DNA from: Terrimicrobiaceae bacterium
GTDB taxonomy: Bacteria; Verrucomicrobiota; Verrucomicrobiia; Chthoniobacterales; Terrimicrobiaceae
DNA length: 19,477 bases
Direction of reading: 5' to 3'
NCBI GenBank assembly: GCA_044342325.1
Contig: JBIIPZ010000047.1
Location: 1-19,477, forward strand
Below the pieces are notes generated by a model, which was given only the letters and a program-made list of their open reading frames with translations, had not been told where the DNA came from and did not search any database. Positions 9,175-16,432 of the stretch are shown in pieces. Made by a program: the position numbers and the translations under genes. Each line of letters opens with the position of its first letter. Position 1 is the first letter of the stretch.

Positions 9175-10356
9175 GTGAATATGCGAAAAATGGCCAAGAA
9201 AAAGGGATCAATCGCTGTAGTTAACTCTAAAAAGTTGCTTGTTTTAGCTTTGCCGATGATCAGTGAGCGGGAGATTCCTTTGGTGCAGGGGGTTCGCAAG
9301 GCATTTCAAAATTCCAAAAACATCGAGCTTTTGATTCATAGCGGCGGTTACGAGGGCACGCTGCGGAAACTGGCGGAGTCTGGTCAACTTGCTGGCGCGA
9401 TCGGAGAATTTATCAGCAATCGCTGGCTCGAATCGCTGCATGGCAGCGGCGTGCAGATTATTCAACTCGGGTCAGGTGTGGGTATCGATGCGCCATCTAT
9501 CTCTCACGACTTGCAGGGCATGGGCAAAGAGGCTGCGCGGGTGTTTACGGAGAGCGGAGTGAAATCGCTGGCCTATCTTGGAGCGGCGAGTCCTCTGGGA
9601 ACCATCGGGCTTGGGGAAGCATTTGTGAAGGAATGCAAACGGCAGGGTTTTGAAGTCAGTCTATGCAACGGATTGAGCAGCGGCTTGCTGAAAAATTTCC
9701 TCCAATCCCTTTTCCGACCGTCGGGTATTCTTTGTCTGAATGACAGGCTGGCGCGAATGGCGATTTTAACAGCTCGGGAATTAGGGTTACGGGTTCCTCA
9801 GGATTTGAGCGTCATTGGTATCGGCAATTTGCGGATGGAATCCCTGCAGGCGGGCATTGAGATTTCCAGCTTCGAGCTTCCTTTGGAAAAGATGGGCGAG
9901 GAGGCTGGGAGATTGATGGTGAGGATGCTGGAGGGAAAATCCAGAATCTCGCGTCGGAATGTTGCGATCCCTGCGCTGCTTCACGAGCGGGAGAGCAGTA
10001 TGCACGCAGCGTCCGGAGTTAAGCGGGCGATAGCGTATCTGCGAAGTCACCCGGACAGCAGCATCAATGCTGGGGGATTGGCGCAGATTGCAGGAATGTC
10101 GCGGCGTTCGTTTGAGTGTGCGGTAAAATCTGCGATTGGTTGCTCGCCAGGTGAAGTATTGATTCAAAATCGGCGCCGAAGAGCTGAAATGCTTCTTCAG
10201 GAAAATCAGCTCACGATTGCCGAAGTCGGTCAGGCCTGTGGCTATGGCGAACCAGCGGTTTTTTCAGCAGCTTTCAAAAGATGGACCGGCCAAAGCCCGA
10301 GGGCATTCCGCTCAGCGCGACAAAGTGGGAATCGCCATTTTCCTTGCCAACTTTGA
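9175..10356 (+). CDS. XylR-like transcriptional regulator (LacI-type sugar-binding domain plus C-terminal AraC HTH)
   Basis: LacI-like segment GILCLNDRLA...LGLRVPQDLSVIGIGN and AraC segment LAQIAGMSRRSF...TIAEVGQACGY...FSAAFKRWTGQSPRAFR. The start could instead be ATG 9181 or 9190. Confidence 0.82.
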   Translation: MNMRKMAKKKGSIAVVNSKKLLVLALPMISEREIPLVQGVRKAFQNSKNIELLIHSGGYEGTLRKLAESGQLAGAIGEFISNRWLESLHGSGVQIIQLGSGVGIDAPSISHDLQGMGKEAARVFTESGVKSLAYLGAASPLGTIGLGEAFVKECKRQGFEVSLCNGLSSGLLKNFLQSLFRPSGILCLNDRLARMAILTARELGLRVPQDLSVIGIGNLRMESLQAGIEISSFELPLEKMGEEAGRLMVRMLEGKSRISRRNVAIPALLHERESSMHAASGVKRAIAYLRSHPDSSINAGGLAQIAGMSRRSFECAVKSAIGCSPGEVLIQNRRRRAEMLLQENQLTIAEVGQACGYGEPAVFSAAFKRWTGQSPRAFRSARQSGNRHFPCQL

Positions 10357-10369
10357 CACCAGATGGTCT

Positions 10370-10842
10370 AGCCGGATTGCGAGCGCAATATCCAAGACTG
10401 CCCTGAGAACAGCAGCCGAGCGCGCCGTTGTTGTGCGACGGCATCCTGTTGAGTTTCGCATCGCCGTTTTTGCTTTCGGTGGCACATAGGGTGCGCTTTT
10501 AAGCATGCGCTCACGCCATGTTTCAATCTCTCCGCGCGTGATTTTTCTGCAGAAAATTGGTCCATTTCAAGCCATGACTTGCGCAACTTTGCGAGACCAT
10601 AAAAATAGAATTCCTTGGTTCGATCCGCCAAATCGGGATCGGCTTTTACCCTGACCTCCCACACCGATGCAGCATCTGCAAAACTCATCACGCCACGGCC
10701 AACAGATACCCTCACTTTTCGCGCTGTTCGCAGCTCCGTGAGCACTTTTTCCATTCGAGCTTCTGCCACGCTGGCCCTATCTGCGCCCAAGGCGCGCCAT
10801 TTCTGAAAATTATTTCTGCTTGCCATCCTCCACCATGCGAAC
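10370..10842 (-). pseudogene. Degraded N-terminal part of a tyrosine recombinase/integrase
   Basis: Three frames join into VRMVEDGKQK-WRALGADRASVAEARMEK...MSFADAA...RTKEFYFYGLAKLRKSW...RKITRGEIETWRERM...AVLRAVLDIA, resembling integrase arm-binding and core-binding regions. No catalytic domain follows. Lies next to a tRNA. Confidence 0.6.
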
Positions 10843-10945
10843 TTATTTTCTTCCCCCTTGGTTTGTCCGCAAGCACACCTCTGCTCTGCTTTACAAAATC
10901 AAACCGGCTCCGGATGAAATAGACCGAAAGCCACCCAAATCTCAC

Positions 10946-11017
<72 letters not shown>

Positions 11018-11106
11018 CTTTTCGGATCTCTGCCAAAAAATGCGGATAAGCTCTGCGTTCGATAGGCATAATTTGGTTTTCCCGCGTGGGCTTGAAATTG
11101 GGGGGG

Positions 11107-12516
11107 CTACCAAGTGTAATTCACGGTGTAGGTGAGCTTGCGCTCTTCGCCGGGTTTTACGGGGATGAGCAATTGGATTTGGTGGGATTGGGGTTTGGTG
11201 AAGGGATCGGAGTTGGCGGTGATTTTCCAGTTGGCGGAGCGGTAGAGGTGTTCGATGACGCGGATGGTGACGGGGTCTTTTTTGCGGTTGCGGAGGGTGA
11301 TTTCGAAGGTTTCCGTGGCGGAGTTGTTGGCGGTGTCGACACGGAAGTCTGTGCGTTTTCTTTCGCCGATGAGGTCGAACGCGTCGCCGGTGTGGATTTT
11401 TATGAGTTCATCGGCGGGGGTGTGGTCGAGTTCGTTTTCTCCGGTGAATTCGAGGGTGTCTCCATCGGCGCGGTAGAAGCGGATGCGGCCTTTCGGGAGC
11501 GGAATGCCGAGGTTGTTTTGCTTGGTGTTTTTGAACTCGCGGGTGATGGCGATTTTTGTGGAGCTTTGGGTTCCGAATTCTTCGCTGGCGCGGCGAAAGG
11601 CAGGGTCGATGGATTGCCAGTTGGCGATGTCGGCGCCGTCGTAGGTGTAGATGGTTTCGGATTGGACGCCGGAGGAGCGGATGAATTCGACCTGCTTGGT
11701 TTCTTGATGGAGGAGAGTGGTGGGGCGTTGCAGGGAGTAGAGGTGGAAGTCGTCGAAGGGTTTTTCGGTGACTGCGGGTTCGCTCATGGACATGGCGGTG
11801 ACGGCCATCCTTGCGAACTTTTCACGGGCGGGCGGGGTGACTTTATTCACATCCCCCGCGAGGAGTTTGATTTTGGCGTTCTCGAAATCGCGTCCGGACT
11901 GGTTTTGCATGGTGATCCAGCCGATGATATCGAGGGAGTCGCCTTTTTCAGGGGCGACGATGTTGTAGCTGGCTTGCCATGTGAGTCCGCCGGTGATGTA
12001 GGCGAGTTCGGCTTGGGATTTTATGGCCTGGGGGGCTTGGATTTTCCAGACAAGGCGAGGTTTGAGGATGGTGTTGTCGCCAAGGGAGGGGAAGAGGGGT
12101 TCGCCGGGGAGGCTGAATTGGATTTTGCCGTCGACTTCGATGATGGGGGCCTGATCGGGCGTGGCGCGGATGATTATTCCCCTCACGACGCGGTCGGGTT
12201 TGGTGGTCTCGCGCACCTGGAAATCGATTTCCTTTCCTTCGGAGAGCGAGAGCAGGAGCTGCTGCGTGACGGGATCGTTGCGGTAGTTTTGCTCAAGAAT
12301 GCGCAGCGAGGCGCCGGAGGCATCGCGGAGGATCACGGAGTCCGGCTCGAGGAGGCGGGTGGCACCATCAAAGACAAGCTCGCTGGTGCCGGAAGGGAGG
12401 TCGAGCGGCAGGGTGTCGCGGACGACTGCGAAGTTCTGATTGTAAATCGTGAGGCCCGGCGCGGCCAGGGCGAGTGGTGCGGCGCAGGCGAGGAGAATGG
12501 GGAATAGGAGATTCAT
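11107..12516 (-). CDS. Exported DUF4139-like domain protein
   Basis: Signal peptide MNLLFPILLACAAPLALA; family-like motifs LTIYNQNFAVVRD, YITGGLTWQASY, ETKQV, LGIPLPKGRIRFY and GDAFD. Confidence 0.8.
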   Translation of the reverse strand: MNLLFPILLACAAPLALAAPGLTIYNQNFAVVRDTLPLDLPSGTSELVFDGATRLLEPDSVILRDASGASLRILEQNYRNDPVTQQLLLSLSEGKEIDFQVRETTKPDRVVRGIIIRATPDQAPIIEVDGKIQFSLPGEPLFPSLGDNTILKPRLVWKIQAPQAIKSQAELAYITGGLTWQASYNIVAPEKGDSLDIIGWITMQNQSGRDFENAKIKLLAGDVNKVTPPAREKFARMAVTAMSMSEPAVTEKPFDDFHLYSLQRPTTLLHQETKQVEFIRSSGVQSETIYTYDGADIANWQSIDPAFRRASEEFGTQSSTKIAITREFKNTKQNNLGIPLPKGRIRFYRADGDTLEFTGENELDHTPADELIKIHTGDAFDLIGERKRTDFRVDTANNSATETFEITLRNRKKDPVTIRVIEHLYRSANWKITANSDPFTKPQSHQIQLLIPVKPGEERKLTYTVNYTW

Positions 12517-12555
12517 GAGGTGCGGGAGCTTATGGCTTAGTAGAGAAAATGGGCG
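12428..12555. repeat. 128-bp imperfect direct repeat, left copy (bioD 3' end plus DUF4139 5' end)
   Basis: Aligns without gaps to 14568-14695 (offset 2140) with 12 mismatches by manual count (~91% identity). Confidence 0.95.
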
Positions 12556-12633
12556 CGGTAATTTGGACGCGTGAAAAAAATTAAAGATATAGTGCTTTTA
12601 GTTAGATAATTATGAAGTAACGCGCGGAGAATT

Positions 12634-14472
12634 TTATTCTTTTTCCGTAGCCAGATAGGCCTGCTGGGGGTGTCTCTCCATATCGGGGTAGAGGTATGCC
12701 AAGTCTCCATCTTCCACCATGGGCTTGAGATGGTCGCGCCGGATGGCCTCAGAGTCCCTGCGGCTAAGAATTTGTGCTATTTCGCTCGCCGTAAGCTGCC
12801 TCCATTTGCAGAGGCGCTGGATCACAGGGCGTATTTTCAGTCCTGGTCTACCGCTGAGGCCCCCCACGGCATCTTTCAGATCGGCAGGCAATTGATCCCG
12901 CAAAGTCGTGTGCCCGCCCTGCAAAGTCGTATGCTTACCACCTAAAGTCGTATGCTCGGGCTGCAAAGTCTTATGCTCCTCCATGGCTTTTGGAAAATTT
13001 TGACCGGCCAAGTAGTAAGTGGCGGAGCCTTTGCCCATTTGGCGGAGCAGTTCCCATGCACGAAGTTTGCGCAGGTCTTGGCTTGCGGTTAAAATGTCCG
13101 CGCCGGTCAGTTGGCGCAGGGTTGGATTGTCTATGGCTCCTTGTTCGCGCACGAAAATTAAAGCGTATCTTTGATATTCATTGAGATCATAAGGCATATG
13201 ATTGAGCCACAGCAAATCCTCCTCTCTGAGGAAATGGTGAAGAAGCAGCCGGATTGTGAAGGAGTTGTTCTCACGGTTGGATTCAAAGGTGGGTAGGCTA
13301 AAGCCACTTTCACGCATCTGTTCCCTCATGACTCTTATGCCGCTTCCCTTGGTTTCTGCGGTATTGGTCTCGTGGAAGACGGCCGCCAAATTCGGGTTGC
13401 GCAGTTGCGAACCGGCTTCGCCCAAGTAATCCTCGTTTTTCAAGGAATAGCCCGCATTGGTAATCTCGATGCGGTTGGCGTAACGGATGATTTGAGTCGG
13501 CCGATGTTCCTTGTAGGAACGGTGCATCAAAGCGTTTACGATGGCTTCCCGCAGCACCCGTGCGGGCAATGTGGGCGTCTCGGCTTGAACCTGGCCTTCC
13601 TTCAACGCAAAACCTTTGGGCAGATCATCCAACACCGCTGCCTGCGCCCTGTCCACGATCTGGAGCAATGGGCCTCGCATGTCCACGGTTGCGGAAAATC
13701 GCTTCTCGGGATCTTCGATCCATTCCTTGCCGGGCACCCGGATATAATCAACCCTCACAGTGGGCAACTCCCTACGAAGAGCCTTCCGACTGCCAAACAA
13801 CAACATGCCAGTGAGAGTGGGGTGCCATACCCCACCTTCTTGGCGCACGGCATTCAGCGCTTGCAGCAAATCATTGTCATCCCAGCCCAACTCTTCCGCC
13901 GCAGGATTCACCTTGGCACGCAACTTCCGGTAGTGCCCGATAGCCTCGGGGTCCAGATCATCGAGCATGGCGTGAGGAAGTAGCGTGAGATCGTAGCTAT
14001 CCGCTTGGCGGCTTCCAAAGATCAGGGCCAAGTCCTCATCCGTGCAGCGTTGGTCTGTCGAGCCGATCCGCCGCCAGGCTCCCTTGGGCAGACCTTGTTT
14101 TTGGAAATAGAGCGGCTTCTGCGACGGGGGGAGTTCGTCGATTTGAACGATCACCACCACATTGCCGTGATGGTTTTCACTCAGCAGCCGAGGCCGAAGC
14201 GGCAGGTTGAAACGCGTGGCGCAGCCAGAGGCGATGTCTTGTAGAATTTTGTCGGGGTTTTCGACGCCATGCACTTCGTAGCCGCCAACTAAATCCTCAT
14301 GGCTTTTCGTTACACCCAGCACGATTTGTCCACCGCCAAGTTCCGGCTCGTTGGCAAAAGCGCACACCGTTTCAAAAAAAGAATCACCCAACTCACCGGA
14401 CGCGCACAACTTGGCTTCCAGGTTCGGGCGCTCGTCCAGTTCATTCAATTCCCTGAGCAAGTCTTGGATCAT
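12634..14472 (-). CDS. AlbA_2 (Schlafen-like) domain plus RecG-C/HATPase-like ATP-binding protein with C-terminal winged helices
   Basis: N-terminal ERPNLEAK and CAFAN..GGQIVLGV (AlbA_2-like); LREAIVNALMHRSY, RNPNLAAVF and ETKGSGI (HATPase_c_4-like); C-terminal HPQQAY. Confidence 0.82.
   Translation of the reverse strand: MIQDLLRELNELDERPNLEAKLCASGELGDSFFETVCAFANEPELGGGQIVLGVTKSHEDLVGGYEVHGVENPDKILQDIASGCATRFNLPLRPRLLSENHHGNVVVIVQIDELPPSQKPLYFQKQGLPKGAWRRIGSTDQRCTDEDLALIFGSRQADSYDLTLLPHAMLDDLDPEAIGHYRKLRAKVNPAAEELGWDDNDLLQALNAVRQEGGVWHPTLTGMLLFGSRKALRRELPTVRVDYIRVPGKEWIEDPEKRFSATVDMRGPLLQIVDRAQAAVLDDLPKGFALKEGQVQAETPTLPARVLREAIVNALMHRSYKEHRPTQIIRYANRIEITNAGYSLKNEDYLGEAGSQLRNPNLAAVFHETNTAETKGSGIRVMREQMRESGFSLPTFESNRENNSFTIRLLLHHFLREEDLLWLNHMPYDLNEYQRYALIFVREQGAIDNPTLRQLTGADILTASQDLRKLRAWELLRQMGKGSATYYLAGQNFPKAMEEHKTLQPEHTTLGGKHTTLQGGHTTLRDQLPADLKDAVGGLSGRPGLKIRPVIQRLCKWRQLTASEIAQILSRRDSEAIRRDHLKPMVEDGDLAYLYPDMERHPQQAYLATEKE
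12901..12984. repeat. Four degenerate 21-bp tandem repeats (7-aa HxTLxxx linker) inside the AlbA_2 gene
   Basis: Units start at 12901, 12922, 12943 and 12964 with core (c/t)aaagtc(g/t)t(g/a)tgc; protein HKTLQPE-HTTLGGK-HTTLQGG-HTTLRDQ. Confidence 0.9.
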
Positions 14473-14473
14473 A

Positions 14474-14656
14474 TCAGCCCTGCTTCGTTCCGCAGATTTT
14501 TTCCGCTTCGGCCACCACAGGGCCGAGTTTGGCGTAGTTCACGTTCACGCCGTCATCCAGGTCGAGGGCGAAGTTCTGATTGTAAATCGTGAGCCCCGGC
14601 GCGGCGAGGGCGCTGGATGCGCCACAGGCGAGGAGAATGGATAATAGGAGATTCAT
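14474..14656 (-). pseudogene. Chimeric 60-aa ORF: first 30 codons of the DUF4139-like gene fused in frame to a PglX-like C-terminal tail
   Basis: MNLLLSILLACGASSALAAPGLTIYNQNFA matches the N-terminus of 11107-12516. LDLDDGVNVNYAKLGPVVAEAEKICGTKQG resembles the BREX PglX C-terminal motif DLDDGVKVNY as I recall it. Confidence 0.72.
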
Positions 14657-14695
14657 GAGGTGCGGGGGCTTATGGCTTGGTAGAGAAAATGGGCG
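14568..14695. repeat. 128-bp imperfect direct repeat, right copy
   Basis: Matches 12428-12555 and contains the true bioD stop/ATG overlap (14653-14656). Confidence 0.95.
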
Positions 14696-15309
14696 AGTTC
14701 GGGTGGCGGGATTTCGGTCTGGCCGGGGTGGACTTCGAGGAGGATCGGTGTGTTTTGCTCGAGGATGTCGCGGTTGGTGCGCGTGGCGATATCGTCACTG
14801 GTGGAGAATGTGTTGAGAACGATGCCGGGGCAGTGGAGGCCTCTGGCGCGGATGCTCTCGAGCGTGAGCAGGGTGTGGTTGATGCAACCTAGGCGGTTGG
14901 CGACGACGAGCACGACCGGCAACGAAAGGCGGGCGGCGAGGTCGGCGATGGCTTCAGTGGGCGTGATGGGAACGAGCCAGCCGCCGGCGCCTTCGACGAG
15001 GAGTGAGGGGTGTTTTTCCGAGAGGGCGCGGAACCAGTCAGCAAGCACGTCGAGCGAGAGGGTGCGGTTTTCGAGTCTGGCGGCGACAAGCGGGGCAGCG
15101 GGCTCGCGGAGCCAGATGGGGTTTGTCTCGTCGAGGGACAGGCAATGGTCGGATGCGGCTTGCAGGATTTCGACATCCGAGCGCTCGCCGCTGCAAAGTG
15201 GCTTGAGAGCGATGGTTTCAAAGCCTCTGCCGCGAAGGGCGCGGGTGAGGAGTGCCGTGACGAAGGTCTTTCCGGCGTTGGTGTCGGTGCCGGTGATGAA
15301 GAGGTTCAT
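14653..15309 (-). CDS. bioD: Dethiobiotin synthase
   Basis: Motifs FITGTDTNAGKT, LKP, APLVAA, LVEGAGGWLVP and RLGCINHTLLT. Confidence 0.93.
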   Translation of the reverse strand: MNLFITGTDTNAGKTFVTALLTRALRGRGFETIALKPLCSGERSDVEILQAASDHCLSLDETNPIWLREPAAPLVAARLENRTLSLDVLADWFRALSEKHPSLLVEGAGGWLVPITPTEAIADLAARLSLPVVLVVANRLGCINHTLLTLESIRARGLHCPGIVLNTFSTSDDIATRTNRDILEQNTPILLEVHPGQTEIPPPELAHFLYQAISPRTS

Positions 15310-16163
15310 TTTTGATCAGCGGAGGGAGCGGTGAGTTCCAAAAACACACTTTCGAGCGAGCGTTGGGGTTGGCGCGTGCTGAGAAGCTTGGCGGGGGAGT
15401 TTTGGAGCAGGTGCTCGATTTGGGAGCGGATTTCAGGGGTGGCGTTTTCGATGACGAATTCAGTCTGGTTTTTCACCGAGACGAGGTCTGCGAGCGCGCC
15501 TTCGCGGATCATTTCACCACGGGCCATGATGCCGACGCGGTCGCAGATTTCCTGAACCTGCTCGAGAAGGTGCGAGGTGAGCAGAACGGTCTTGCCGCGT
15601 TTTTTAAGGTCAAGGATGAGATCGCGGATTTGGTGGGATCCTGCGGGATCAACGCCGGCGGTAGGTTCGTCGAGGACGACGAGGCGGGGATCCTGAATGA
15701 GCGCCTGGGCGAGCCCGATGCGCTGGAGCATGCCTTTGGAAAATCCGCCGATGCGGCGGTCACGAGCGTCTTCGAGGCCGACGAGATGGATGAGTTCGTC
15801 GACGCGTTTGTTGAGGATTTTTCCTCCCATGCCGCAGACCTTGCCATAAAAGCGGAGAGTCTCGGCGGCGGTGAGAAATTTGTAGAAATAAGGGTTCTCA
15901 GGGAGGAATCCGACATCCCGGCGGCTGTGGTAGTCGCGGCTGTCCTGTCCAAAAATCATGGCCCGGCCTTGGTTGGGGGTTACGAGTCCGAGGAGAATTT
16001 TGAGCGTGGTGCTTTTGCCGCTGCCGTTCGGGCCGAGGAGGCCGTAAACCTCGCCGGGGCGGACTTCGAAACTGATGTTGCGCACGGCGGTGACGCGCTG
16101 GCGGCGAAGCGGGACAGGAAAAATCTTGGTGAGGTTTTCAATGCGGACGGCGGGAGTGGTCAT
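15306..16163 (-). CDS. ABC transporter ATP-binding protein (ABC-2 type)
   Basis: Walker A GPNGSGKST, signature FSKGMLQR, Walker B VVLDEP and H-loop TSH. Confidence 0.92.
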   Translation of the reverse strand: MTTPAVRIENLTKIFPVPLRRQRVTAVRNISFEVRPGEVYGLLGPNGSGKSTTLKILLGLVTPNQGRAMIFGQDSRDYHSRRDVGFLPENPYFYKFLTAAETLRFYGKVCGMGGKILNKRVDELIHLVGLEDARDRRIGGFSKGMLQRIGLAQALIQDPRLVVLDEPTAGVDPAGSHQIRDLILDLKKRGKTVLLTSHLLEQVQEICDRVGIMARGEMIREGALADLVSVKNQTEFVIENATPEIRSQIEHLLQNSPAKLLSTRQPQRSLESVFLELTAPSADQK

Positions 16164-16432
16164 GGCACGATGGAGAATCCGCGCAGTGTGGCTGGGCGGG
16201 AGATGGGTTGTGGGGATTCGAGAGCGATATGGCCTGCGAGGTGGCTGGCGCGTATGCCCTCGAGAAAGGCATCGACTTCGTCAGCTTCGCCGCTGGCGAT
16301 CAGCTCCACACGGCCGTCGGGCAGATTTTCAACCGTGCCGGAGACATCATATTCGCGGGCGAGGTTTTTGACAGTGTAGCGGAAGCCGACACCTTGCACG
16401 CGGCCTTCGTAGTGGACGCGTAAGGTTTTCAT
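16160..16432 (-). CDS. acyP: Acylphosphatase
   Basis: Motifs GRVQGVGFR and GTVENLPDGRVE; 90 aa; ATGA overlaps at both ends. Confidence 0.92.
   Translation of the reverse strand: MKTLRVHYEGRVQGVGFRYTVKNLAREYDVSGTVENLPDGRVELIASGEADEVDAFLEGIRASHLAGHIALESPQPISRPATLRGFSIVP

Noticed and set aside
11086..12507. 473-aa + strand ORF, and similar long antisense ORFs (15312-16379, 16507-17235, 17619-18851, 2771-3787, 4421-5323)
   Set aside because: Each mirrors a well-supported gene on the other strand and has no recognisable motifs, which is typical of shadow ORFs in GC-rich DNA.
12901..12984. Regularly spaced repeats as a mini-CRISPR array
   Set aside because: The period is only 21 bp, the repeats are in frame within a CDS, there are no spacers of CRISPR size and no cas genes.
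14375..14381. A7 homopolymer in the AlbA_2 gene as a phase-variation tract
   Set aside because: The tract is too short to be distinctive and the reading frame is intact.
12556..14567. Complete BREX system or IS element
   Set aside because: No brxA/B/C, pglZ, brxL or transposase, and no terminal inverted repeats seen; only a short PglX-like tail is present.
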